Shown piece by piece: positions 16,959 to 24,460 of a DNA stretch of 46,505 nt. The stretch's first letter is position 1, and each line of letters begins with the position of its first letter. The notes beneath the pieces were generated by a model, which saw only the letters and a list, made by a program, of their open reading frames with translations, was not told the origin of the DNA and made no database searches. The DNA lies in assembly GCA_965651545.1 (NCBI GenBank), contig CBFGSY010000001.1, positions 1 through 46,505 of the forward strand, given 5' to 3'. A program made the translations under genes and the position numbers. Origin of the DNA: an uncultured bacterium. GTDB taxonomy: Bacteria > Chloroflexota > Limnocylindria > QHBO01.

Positions 16959-18473
16959 TCAGTCGGAGGTCAGCCGTCCGCCCTGGCTGCCCACCGGCGA
17001 GCAGCTTTCGACGGACCCCGTGCCACCCGCGTCAGAGGCCAAGACGGTGATGCAGATGTCATGCTCGCCCTCGGCCAGGGGTGGCATCGGATAATCGATC
17101 TGGATGGTCGCCGGACCCGACTCGGGGAGGGTCGGCGTCGCCGCCTGGCTGATGTCGATCGGATCCTGGCCGTCCACCGTCAGCTGGACGCGCACGATCT
17201 GCGGCAGCACGACGGCGCCCAGGATCTCGGGCAGCTTCGTGAGGTCTGGCACGTCGGTGCACGTCCCGCCGGTCAGGCTGGCGATCGTCTCAAGCCCACC
17301 GACCAGTGGCTCGTTCGAGCAGCTTGCCTCGGTGCCGACGGCGAACGAGTAGAAGACCGCATCGGACGCGCAGGGCAGCACGGTCGATACGTGATCACCA
17401 GTCAGGTTCAAGCCATCGGACAGGAAGACGACGATCTTGTTCGGCGACTCTGCCGTCTCCAGCGCCTCACACGCCGCGGTGATCCCCGCGCTGAAGTCGG
17501 TCGTCGGGCTCTGGGTCGTGACCGGCGCATAGATCTCGAAGCCGACGGGGTCGGTGGCGGTCTCGCCCGTGAATGCCGACTGGAGCACCTCGACCACGTC
17601 TGGTGTCTGGTTGGCGTCCCCGTCGTGGCTCGGCTCAACGAGCGGCTGGGGGCCCTCGGCCGGGTCCAGGTCGGCGGTGACCGCGCCGGCCGCGAACCCG
17701 ACCAGGCCCACCTCGCTCACCGATTGGCGCCCGATCGCCGCCTCGTTCAGCTGCGTCGCCGACGCGATCTCACAGTCGAGAACGCTGTCCACCCGGCCAT
17801 CGTCGTTCTGATCGCCGCCGCAGGCATTCGCCCGGCGCGTCGTCCGCGACACGTCGAGGACGTAGATGATCGTCGTGTCGGCGACGGCCACCGCCTCGCC
17901 CACGAACGCGGTCCCCCGCAGGCGCTGTGCGCCATCGGCCGGCGCCGACAGGCTCACAAGCTCCGCCCTGATCGCGGCCCCGCCCGGTAGCGTCCCGGTG
18001 CGAGCCGAGGATTCGACCCGGTTGCTCAGGTACCAGTAACCGGCTCCCCCGATAGCCCCGACCAGCACGAGAACGCCGAGCACCGCGAGCAACGAGCGGA
18101 CGAACCCACCCCTCCGGGCGGGTGCGGCCGGTACCGGGGCGGTCGGGCGAGCCGATGGCGGCATCGGCCGGCGGAGCGCCTCCAGCTCCTCGGTCGGGAT
18201 GACGAGGACCCCGCGCAGGTAGCGCGGGCAGTTTCCATAGCCGCGTTGCAGGCAGACCTTCGTCTGCTGCTCGGCGGACAGCTCCGCCGGGTCCCCGAAG
18301 GCGTAGCAGCGGTGCCCGTCCGAGACGCCCTCGACGTACTTGGTGCGGGCGTCGGCCATTCCCAGGAACGGGCAAACGGTATCCGGTCGCTGCGCGAGCT
18401 CGGCGAACAGGGCGCGTCGCTCCGCCTCGCGGGCAGCCTCGCGCTCAACCTTCCGGTTGCGTCGTCCGAACAC
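16959..18473 (-). CDS. membrane-anchored von Willebrand factor A (vWA) domain protein with Cys-rich cytoplasmic N-terminal module
   Basis: 504 aa. N-terminal CPFLG...HRCYAFG...CLQRGYGNCPRYL module, TM segment LLAVLGVLVLVGAIGGAGYWY, and a vWA-like core (IIYVLDVSRTT MIDAS-like, KIVVFLSDGLN). Contains a thrombospondin-type-3-like Ca motif CGGDQNDDGRVDSVLDC and a beta-rich C-terminus. Confidence 0.75.
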   Translation of the reverse strand: MFGRRNRKVEREAAREAERRALFAELAQRPDTVCPFLGMADARTKYVEGVSDGHRCYAFGDPAELSAEQQTKVCLQRGYGNCPRYLRGVLVIPTEELEALRRPMPPSARPTAPVPAAPARRGGFVRSLLAVLGVLVLVGAIGGAGYWYLSNRVESSARTGTLPGGAAIRAELVSLSAPADGAQRLRGTAFVGEAVAVADTTIIYVLDVSRTTRRANACGGDQNDDGRVDSVLDCEIASATQLNEAAIGRQSVSEVGLVGFAAGAVTADLDPAEGPQPLVEPSHDGDANQTPDVVEVLQSAFTGETATDPVGFEIYAPVTTQSPTTDFSAGITAACEALETAESPNKIVVFLSDGLNLTGDHVSTVLPCASDAVFYSFAVGTEASCSNEPLVGGLETIASLTGGTCTDVPDLTKLPEILGAVVLPQIVRVQLTVDGQDPIDISQAATPTLPESGPATIQIDYPMPPLAEGEHDICITVLASDAGGTGSVESCSPVGSQGGRLTSD

Positions 18474-18480
18474 GAATTTG

Positions 18481-18486
18481 AGTCTA
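18481..18486 (-). promoter_or_regulatory. -10-like hexamer TAGACT 7 nt upstream of the vWA-gene GTG (possible leaderless transcript)
   Basis: Minus strand reads TAGACT-caaattc-GTG. No Shine-Dalgarno in between. Confidence 0.35.
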
Positions 18487-18636
18487 GCGCGCGGTGACTT
18501 CCGCCAAGCGGAGGCGCAGGGGGTACGAACGCCTCATTGAGAGTGACGAAAAGGGCAGGCTAGGCTTGACGCCGGCATGGCTGCCGGCCGCAGCCGGCCG
18601 TAGCTGGCCGCAGCCGGCCAGGCCAAGGAGCAGCGC

Positions 18637-18876
18637 GTGGCAATCGAGCACATCGACGAGACCCAGGAGCGCAGGCCCGTCCCCCGCCAGGGGCGGATCC
18701 GTCGCTGCAGCGTGCGCCACGTCTCGATCGTCGCCGGCGGCGAGCTGCCGACCGTCCAGGTCGACTGCCTCCTCGGCGGCCGCGAGTACCCGCTGCCGCT
18801 GGGGACCATGGACGAGGCTCGGCCGATCTGCAACGCCTGCACCGCCACCACGGTCTGGCGCGCCGACGAGGATTAG
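18637..18876 (+). CDS. hypothetical small Cys-containing protein (79 aa)
   Basis: GTG start with AAGGAG 6 nt upstream and high GC3. Four Cys including a C-terminal CNAC pair. No family recognised. Confidence 0.55.
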   Translation: MAIEHIDETQERRPVPRQGRIRRCSVRHVSIVAGGELPTVQVDCLLGGREYPLPLGTMDEARPICNACTATTVWRADED

Positions 18877-18930
18877 CCGCCGCTCCCCTTTCCGGCCCGC
18901 ACGACGGTGTCTCTCTCTAATTTCGTTGTT

Positions 18931-19095
18931 GCAGGTGGTGGGTCACTCGACCACGGAGCGCACCCGGCAGCGCGCCGGCGGGCATCAAGGCAGGGCTCCG
19001 TGGCCGAATGAATCGCCCCGTGGGTCAACCGTCCACCGAAGCAGCGCCGCGGCCCTCACCTCCCTGGCTCCGTGGTCCAGTGACCCAGCTGCTGC
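18931..19095. other. long imperfect inverted repeat, candidate structured RNA of about 165 nt
   Basis: 18939..18959 pairs with 19067..19087 (21 bp, one C:C mismatch). After a small internal loop the stem is extended by GCAG 18931-34 / CTGC 19092-95. It encloses 107 nt that contain a local hairpin CCGGC-agcgc-GCCGG. Strand undetermined. Confidence 0.35.
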
Positions 19096-19129
19096 AACTG
19101 GCCTGGACCGAACCCGGGTGCTGAATGAT

Positions 19130-19434
19130 CCCTGGAGAGCGGCCTGTAAGCCGAGTTCTGTCATGGACCGATTCGCATCGGTTCATGGACGGCCATCCAT
19201 CTGAGCGACCTACCCGAGGGCTGAACGAGCAGCCTCAACGCCCTCCTATTCGGTCTTGCTCCGGCTCGAGCTTGCCGCGTTTCACTCCCACTTGCGCGGG
19301 CATCGTCACTGTGGCGCTGGTCCTCGCCTCACGGCGGACGGGCGTTACCCGCGAGCCTGCTCTATGGAGCTCGGACTTTCCTCGGACGCGGCCTTTCGAC
19401 CGATGCGCCCGCGGCCGTCCGGCCGCCTCCAGGG
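19130..19434 (-). ncRNA. rnpB: RNase P RNA (bacterial, type A-like core, compact)
   Basis: Minus strand contains the universal P4 halves GAGGAAAGUCCGAGCUCCAUAG and ACAGAACUCGGCUUACAG. P1/P2 are formed by 5' CCCUGGAGGCGGCC and 3' GGCCGCUCUCCAGGG. GGGUAACGCC, CGCGCAAG and GGAGCAAGACCGAAUAGG align to E. coli M1 RNA. Ends are approximate, within a few nt. Confidence 0.9.
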
Positions 19435-19440
19435 ACGCAT

Positions 19441-19446
19441 ATTGTA
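19441..19446 (-). promoter_or_regulatory. -10 element TACAAT for rnpB
   Basis: Minus strand TACAAT-atgcgt-CCCUGGAG. The hexamer sits 6 nt upstream of the predicted P1 5' end. Confidence 0.5.
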
Positions 19447-19486
19447 CCCGAAGCGAACACCCGTTCGACACTCGCCCGCAGTGCGG

Positions 19487-19945
19487 CTAGACGCAGAGCT
19501 GCCCCTCGGCATCGACCCCGCGGCGGCAGTGGACCGACGACTCGACGAAGACGACGCGCCATTGGCCGCCGGCACCCTCGAGCTCGAGCCGAAGCTCCTC
19601 GCCGGCGATCGAATCGTCCGGCGTACCGCTGATGTGGACCCATGCCGTCGCCGACTCCTCTGCCGGGCCGGCAGCCCACCCGGCGCGAACCTGCTCGTCG
19701 ATCCGCACCTCCGCGATGCGCTGCTCGACCGCCACCAGCAGCGCGTCCGCGCTGGTTGCCGGGGGCAGCTCGTCGAGCGCCGCCGCCAGCTCTTCGGGGA
19801 CGGTCGGCTCCAGCGCGCCGGCGGAGTTGGGAAAGCTGGGGACGGTGGCTGGCGTCGGGCGGGGCGTGTCGACGACGACTGCGCTGCAACCGGCAACGCT
19901 CACCAGCAGGACGACGGGGACGAGGGCGGTGCGTCGAATTCTCAT
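19487..19945 (-). CDS. hypothetical lipoprotein
   Basis: MRIRRTALVPVVLLVSVAGC signal peptide with lipobox. 152 aa with good GC3. No family recognised. Confidence 0.65.
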   Translation of the reverse strand: MRIRRTALVPVVLLVSVAGCSAVVVDTPRPTPATVPSFPNSAGALEPTVPEELAAALDELPPATSADALLVAVEQRIAEVRIDEQVRAGWAAGPAEESATAWVHISGTPDDSIAGEELRLELEGAGGQWRVVFVESSVHCRRGVDAEGQLCV

Positions 19946-19976
19946 GGACCCCGCGAGGTTCGACGTCGAGGGTTTG

Positions 19977-20028
19977 CTACGGGCCCACTCTACAGGCCCT
20001 CGCTACCGGCCCTCGCTACAGGCCCTCG
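19977..20028. repeat. tandem 13-nt repeat, four copies
   Basis: CTACGGGCCCACT / CTACAGGCCCTCG / CTACCGGCCCTCG / CTACAGGCCCTCG. The last copy contains the RNase H stop codon (TAG on the minus strand). Confidence 0.8.
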
Positions 20029-20432
20029 GAGGAGCGCTGGTCGATGGCCACGTTCGACAGGCGGTCGGCCTCCCGGTTCAGCTCGCGCGGCACGTGGCCG
20101 ACGGTGTATCCGGCGAACCGGCCGAGCAGCGCCATGACCCGCCCGTGGATCGGCTTCAGGTCCGGATGCTTGACGCGGTAGCGCCCGGCGATCTGCCGCG
20201 CCACCAGCTCGGAGTCGGTACGCAGGTCGATGCGGCTGGCGCCATGGGTCAAGGCCTCCTCCAACGCGAGCTCCACGGCAGTCCACTCCGCGTAGTTGTT
20301 CGTCCGCTCACCGAGGAAGACCGCGAGCTCGGCCACCAGCGCACCGTCGGCCGCGTCGCGCAGGACCGCGCCGGCGCCGGCCGGGCCGGGATTGCCTCGT
20401 GCGGCGCCATCGGTGTGGATCACAAGCCTCAT
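20016..20432 (-). CDS. rnhA: ribonuclease H (RNase HI-type fold)
   Basis: Within track ORF 20016..20576. ATG at 20432 shares one nt with the upstream stop (TGATG). HTDGAARGNPGPAG, NNYAEW, TDSELV and NREADRLSN motifs carry the DEDD catalytic residues. Confidence 0.85.
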   Translation of the reverse strand: MRLVIHTDGAARGNPGPAGAGAVLRDAADGALVAELAVFLGERTNNYAEWTAVELALEEALTHGASRIDLRTDSELVARQIAGRYRVKHPDLKPIHGRVMALLGRFAGYTVGHVPRELNREADRLSNVAIDQRSSEGL

Positions 20433-20929
20433 CACGATCGCTCCGGGTCGGGGAAATCCCAGGCGGTGCCATCGTCGAATGTCTCGCGCGTCCAGGCCCG
20501 CGCGACTCGTGGCCGGACCCGAAAGACCCCATCCGCGACGGGCTGGGGAAGCGCATGGCTGTACTTCGTCGACCACGCCTCGATGATCCGCCCGCCGAGC
20601 CCCGGCTCTGCCGTGAAGTCGTCCGCCACGCCATCCACGATGACGACCTCATCGCCATCGCCGACATGCACCGCGACCTCAGGCCTGGCGAGGAGGTTTC
20701 GAGCCCAGCGAGTCGTCGGCGCCCCATCGACGTAGAGCGCGTCGTCGACCCACACGCCCCACAGCGGAGTCAGGTACGGGCGATGGTCTGGACCGGTCGT
20801 GGCGAGCCAGTAGAACCGCGCGCGCTCCAGCATCTCTCTGGCGGCCGACCACGGGAGGAATCCGGACGCGGAATCCGGGAACTTGTAGGGCGCCGGCGCG
20901 TAGACCCGACGAGGGCTGGGATCAACCAC
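20432..20929 (-). CDS. pyridoxamine 5'-phosphate oxidase-like (FMN/F420-binding split-barrel) protein
   Basis: RFYWLATTGPDHRPYLTPLWGVWVDDALYV...ARPEVAVHVGDGDEVVIVDG pattern is typical of the PPOX-class split barrel. GTG start overlaps the sdhB stop by 8 nt. Confidence 0.75.
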   Translation of the reverse strand: MVDPSPRRVYAPAPYKFPDSASGFLPWSAAREMLERARFYWLATTGPDHRPYLTPLWGVWVDDALYVDGAPTTRWARNLLARPEVAVHVGDGDEVVIVDGVADDFTAEPGLGGRIIEAWSTKYSHALPQPVADGVFRVRPRVARAWTRETFDDGTAWDFPDPERS

Positions 20930-21722
20930 TCTCGCTCGCGGGCGACTCCCCCTGCGGTCGGTTGCCGCCGGCGATCCGCCGCCAGGCCACCTGGACCGGG
21001 TCGTAGTAGCTATCGGCCACTCGCTCCTTCAACGGGATGATGGCGTTGTCGGTGATCTTGATGTGCTCCGGGCAGACTTCCGTGCAGCACTTGGTGATGT
21101 TGCAGTAGCCGATGTTGCCCTCATCCTTCAGGTAGCGGGTCCGATCGGCGCGGTCCATCGGGTGCAGCTCCAGCCCCGCCACGCGGACCAGGAAGCGCGG
21201 CCCCATGAACGGGTTCTTCGTCTCGTGGTTGCGCAGGACGTGGCAGACGTCCTGGCAGAGGAAGCACTCGATGCACTTGCGGAACTCCTGGACGCGCTCG
21301 ATGTCCTCCTGCTGCCAGCGCCAGCTTTCCTCGGGTGCATCCGGAGGCGGCGTAAAGGGAGCGATCCGGCTGTTGACCTCGTAGTTCCAGGAGACGTCGG
21401 TCACCAGGTCCTTGATCAGGGGGAAGGTCCGCATCGGCTCAACGCGAATCTCATGGTCTGACGGCAGGTCGCTGAGGCGCGTCTTGCAGGTGAGCGAGGG
21501 CTTGCCATTCACCTCGGCGCCGCATGACCCGCACTTCGCGGCCTTGCAGTTCCAGCGCACCGCAAGGTCCGGGGCGGCGTTGGCCTGGATCCAATGCAGG
21601 GCGTCCAGCACCACCATGCCCTCCTCCACCGGCACCGAGTACCTAGCGAACGCGCCCTCGTCGTCAGGGCCGCCTCGGAAGACCTCGAAGTGTCGGAAGG
21701 CGAAGGTTCGAGCGAAGGGCAT
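20922..21722 (-). CDS. sdhB: succinate dehydrogenase/fumarate reductase iron-sulfur subunit
   Basis: Cluster ligand motifs CKAAKCGSCGAEVNGKPSLTC (2Fe-2S), CIECFLCQDVC and CNITKCCTEVCP. Confidence 0.95.
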   Translation of the reverse strand: MPFARTFAFRHFEVFRGGPDDEGAFARYSVPVEEGMVVLDALHWIQANAAPDLAVRWNCKAAKCGSCGAEVNGKPSLTCKTRLSDLPSDHEIRVEPMRTFPLIKDLVTDVSWNYEVNSRIAPFTPPPDAPEESWRWQQEDIERVQEFRKCIECFLCQDVCHVLRNHETKNPFMGPRFLVRVAGLELHPMDRADRTRYLKDEGNIGYCNITKCCTEVCPEHIKITDNAIIPLKERVADSYYDPVQVAWRRIAGGNRPQGESPASESG

Positions 21723-21738
21723 TGGTCGGGTCCAGTCC

Positions 21739-23553
21739 TCAGGTCTTGATCAGCCGGCGCAGCTCGTCGGGCATCTCCGGCAACGGCTCGGCCGTGACGC
21801 GCATCTTCTCTCCGTCGAGCGCCACAGTGCTGTTCCGCTTGCCCCACTCATCGTCCAGCCCGGGGTAGTCGAGGCGGGCGTGGGCGCCACGGCTCTCCGT
21901 GCGCTGCCGCGCGCTGAGTGCCACGGCCTCCGCGCAGATGAGCATGCTGCGCATCTCGAAGTAAAGGTTCCAGCCGGGGTTGTAGGCGGGGGAACCGTCC
22001 ACGCGAACCTTCTTCCAGCGCTCACGAAGGCGACCCAGGCGTTCGACCGACTCATCCAAGTCGGATCCGGTGCGGAAGATGCCGACCAGCGTCTGCATCG
22101 TGGCCTGCAGGTCGGCGTGCAGCCGATACGGATTCTCGCCATCGGGCCGATCGAATGGAGTGGCCAGATCGTCCGCCGCGCGTCGCAGCTGCCGACCATC
22201 GGCCTTCGCTGGTGCCCCCTGCTCCGCGGCGTAGGCAGCGGCGGCGGCACCAGCCCGCCGGCCGAAGACCAGCAGGTCGGAGAGGGAGTTGCCGCCCAGC
22301 CGGTTGGCGCCGTGCATGCCGCCCGCGACCTCGCCGGCGGCGTACAGCCCCTCGACCGTGCTCCGTGCCGTCTCCGGATCGACCCGCACTCCGCCCATCA
22401 CGTAGTGGCAGGTTGGGCCGACCTCCATCGGTCCGGCAGTGATGTCGACGTCGGCAAGCTCCCTGAACTGGTCGAACATCGACGGCAGCTTGCGCCGCAC
22501 GTGATCGGACGGCAGGTAGCTGATGTCCAGGAAGACGCCGCCATGCTCCGAACCGCGACCCTCGCGGACCTCGGTGAAGATGGCGCGGGCCACGTTGTCA
22601 CGCGTCGAGAGCTCGGGTGGCATACGGGCGTCCGTCTGGCGCCCGGCGCCAAGCGACTCCACCCAGCGGCCGGCCTCCTCATCGGTCTCCGCATACTCGT
22701 GCCGGCGGTCCTCCGGCAGGTACTTCCACATGAACCGATCGCCGTCGCTGTTGCGCAGGATGCCTCCCTCGCCGCGGACTGCCTCGGTCACCAGCAGGCC
22801 GCGAACCCCCGGCGGCCAGACCATGCCGGTGGGGTGAAACTGGACGAACTCCATATCGATGAGCTCGGCCCCGGCCCGGTAGGCCAGCGCATGGCCGTCG
22901 CCGGAGTACTCCCACGAGTTCGAGGTCACCTGGTAGACGCGCCCGATGCCCCCCGTCGCCAGGATGACCGCATTGGCGGTGAAGGCGATCGGCTCACCAG
23001 TCTGCCGCCAGTAACCGAACGCGCCGCTGACTCGCTCGCCGGTGCGCAGCAGATGGGTGGTGGTGCACTCCATGTAGACCGTCACGCCGGCCTGCACGGT
23101 GCGGTCCTGGAGCGTGCGGATCATCTCCAGCCCGGTGCGGTCGCCGACGTGGGCCAGTCGCGGGTGCGAGTGGCCGCCGAACGGCCGCTGCAGGATGCGC
23201 CCGTCGCGCGTCCGATCGAAGACCGCCCCCCAGCGCTCGAGCTCACGCACCCGGTCCGCGGCCTCCTGCGCGTGCAGCTGGGCCATGCGCCAGTGGTTGA
23301 GCATCTTGCCGCCAACCATGGTGTCCCGGAAGTGCGTCTGCCAGGAGTCAGCCTCAGCGACATTGGCCAGCGCAGCCGCCACGCCGCCTTCCGCCATGAC
23401 GGTGTGGGCCTTGCCGAGCAACGACTTGCAGATCAGGCCAACCGAGGCGCCCGCCTCCGCCGCCTCGATGGCGGCGCGCAGTCCGGCGCCCCCTGCGCCG
23501 ATGACCAGAACGTCGTGGGAGTGGGTGTCGAAGCTGGTGGTCGCGGGGCTCAC
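21739..23553 (-). CDS. sdhA: succinate dehydrogenase/fumarate reductase flavoprotein subunit
   Basis: Part of track ORF 21739..23718. GTG at 23553 overlaps the sdhC stop (GTGA). DVLVIGAGGAGLRAA FAD fold, HTVMAEGG, and HPTGMVWPPGVRGLLVTEAVRGEGG. Confidence 0.95.
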   Translation of the reverse strand: MSPATTSFDTHSHDVLVIGAGGAGLRAAIEAAEAGASVGLICKSLLGKAHTVMAEGGVAAALANVAEADSWQTHFRDTMVGGKMLNHWRMAQLHAQEAADRVRELERWGAVFDRTRDGRILQRPFGGHSHPRLAHVGDRTGLEMIRTLQDRTVQAGVTVYMECTTTHLLRTGERVSGAFGYWRQTGEPIAFTANAVILATGGIGRVYQVTSNSWEYSGDGHALAYRAGAELIDMEFVQFHPTGMVWPPGVRGLLVTEAVRGEGGILRNSDGDRFMWKYLPEDRRHEYAETDEEAGRWVESLGAGRQTDARMPPELSTRDNVARAIFTEVREGRGSEHGGVFLDISYLPSDHVRRKLPSMFDQFRELADVDITAGPMEVGPTCHYVMGGVRVDPETARSTVEGLYAAGEVAGGMHGANRLGGNSLSDLLVFGRRAGAAAAAYAAEQGAPAKADGRQLRRAADDLATPFDRPDGENPYRLHADLQATMQTLVGIFRTGSDLDESVERLGRLRERWKKVRVDGSPAYNPGWNLYFEMRSMLICAEAVALSARQRTESRGAHARLDYPGLDDEWGKRNSTVALDGEKMRVTAEPLPEMPDELRRLIKT

Positions 23554-24338
23554 AGCCTGATCGCCGGGTCCACGATGAAGCCGGCCGCCAGCAGGCGGAT
23601 GTAGAGATCGGCCAGCGCGACCGAGACGAGGCTCACCCACGCCCACAGCTGATGCCGCTCGTTCATGCCGGTCAGCCGGGTCCAGGCCCGGTAACGGACG
23701 CGGGCGGCCACGCCGCACGAGAAGCAGTCGAGGCGGCCTCCCGCCAGGTGACGCAGGGAGTGGCAGGAAAGCGAGTAGCCGGTGAGCAGCGCGGCATTGC
23801 CCAGCAGGATGAAGCTGCCCAGTCCGATCCTCGGGCCTGGATGGATGAACGAGTAGAGCGCGTCGATCCAGAGGAAGAAGAGCGGAATGAAGGCCAGGTA
23901 CAGGAAGTAGCGGTGGATGTTCTGCAGGATGAAGGGGAAGGCGCGTTCCATCGCGTAGCCACGGTGGATGGTGGGCTCACCCACCGCGCAGGCCGGCGGA
24001 TCGACGAAGTAGGAGCGGTAGTAGGCCTTTCGATAGTAGTAGCAGGTCGTCCTGAAGCCGAGCGGGATCCAGAGGATCAGGATCGCCGGCGAGAACCACC
24101 ACGGCAGTTGGCCCTGGAAGATGAGTGGCGAGAAGAAGGGCGAGAGGTACCCGTCGACCTCATATGGGACGTGGAAGATGGGCTCCCAGATCAGGGCAGA
24201 GAAGAGGGAGTAGGCAATGAAGGCCCCGAAGCCGGTGGCGATGATGCCCGGCATGAGCCACCACGGGTCGCGCCGGCTGGTGGCCGCCAGTCCCTGGCGA
24301 GCGGTGCCTCGCGGGTTCGCCAGGCGGGTCGCGGTCAT
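23550..24338 (-). CDS. sdhC: succinate dehydrogenase membrane anchor subunit (single large subunit, mycobacterial Sdh1 SdhC-like)
   Basis: 262 aa polytopic protein immediately upstream of, and coupled to, sdhA-sdhB. CYYYRKAYYRSYF segment and a Cys/His cluster SCHSLRHLAGGRLDCFSC. AGGGGAGG Shine-Dalgarno upstream. Confidence 0.7.
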   Translation of the reverse strand: MTATRLANPRGTARQGLAATSRRDPWWLMPGIIATGFGAFIAYSLFSALIWEPIFHVPYEVDGYLSPFFSPLIFQGQLPWWFSPAILILWIPLGFRTTCYYYRKAYYRSYFVDPPACAVGEPTIHRGYAMERAFPFILQNIHRYFLYLAFIPLFFLWIDALYSFIHPGPRIGLGSFILLGNAALLTGYSLSCHSLRHLAGGRLDCFSCGVAARVRYRAWTRLTGMNERHQLWAWVSLVSVALADLYIRLLAAGFIVDPAIRL

Positions 24339-24460
24339 GCTGGGTCGGGGCCTCCCCTATCGGTCTGACGGTGACGGGCCGATCTGAGGCTGCCGCCGCG
24401 CGCGGCTCGGCCTTCGCCGAATTCTAGCCACTGCCCGGACCAGGAGCGCGCTGCCCGGCC

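Noticed and set aside
18566-18619. Hairpin GCCGGCA-tggc-TGCCGGC and a 20-nt-phased direct repeat GGCCGCAGCCGGCC x2 in the divergent spacer between the vWA gene and the small Cys-protein gene.
   Set aside because: The features are real in the sequence, but they are short and made of generic GC-rich words. I cannot distinguish a regulatory site from chance at this base composition.
18931-19095. Possible SRP (4.5S) RNA, suggested by GGGUCA..GUCC..AAGCAGC and AAGGCAG strings.
   Set aside because: The motif order is wrong for SRP helix 8. No GNRA-capped hairpin (GUCC-GGAA-GGA) can form, and the motifs sit on the flank rather than the apex of the fold. Kept only as an unassigned structured-RNA candidate.
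19125-20137. ORFs 19125..19490 (+), 19235..19471 (-), 19256..20137 (+), 19345..19896 (-) and 19362..19889 (-).
   Set aside because: They overlap the RNase P RNA gene and/or lie in alternative frames of the lipoprotein gene. The conserved rnpB core explains the region better than any of these translations.
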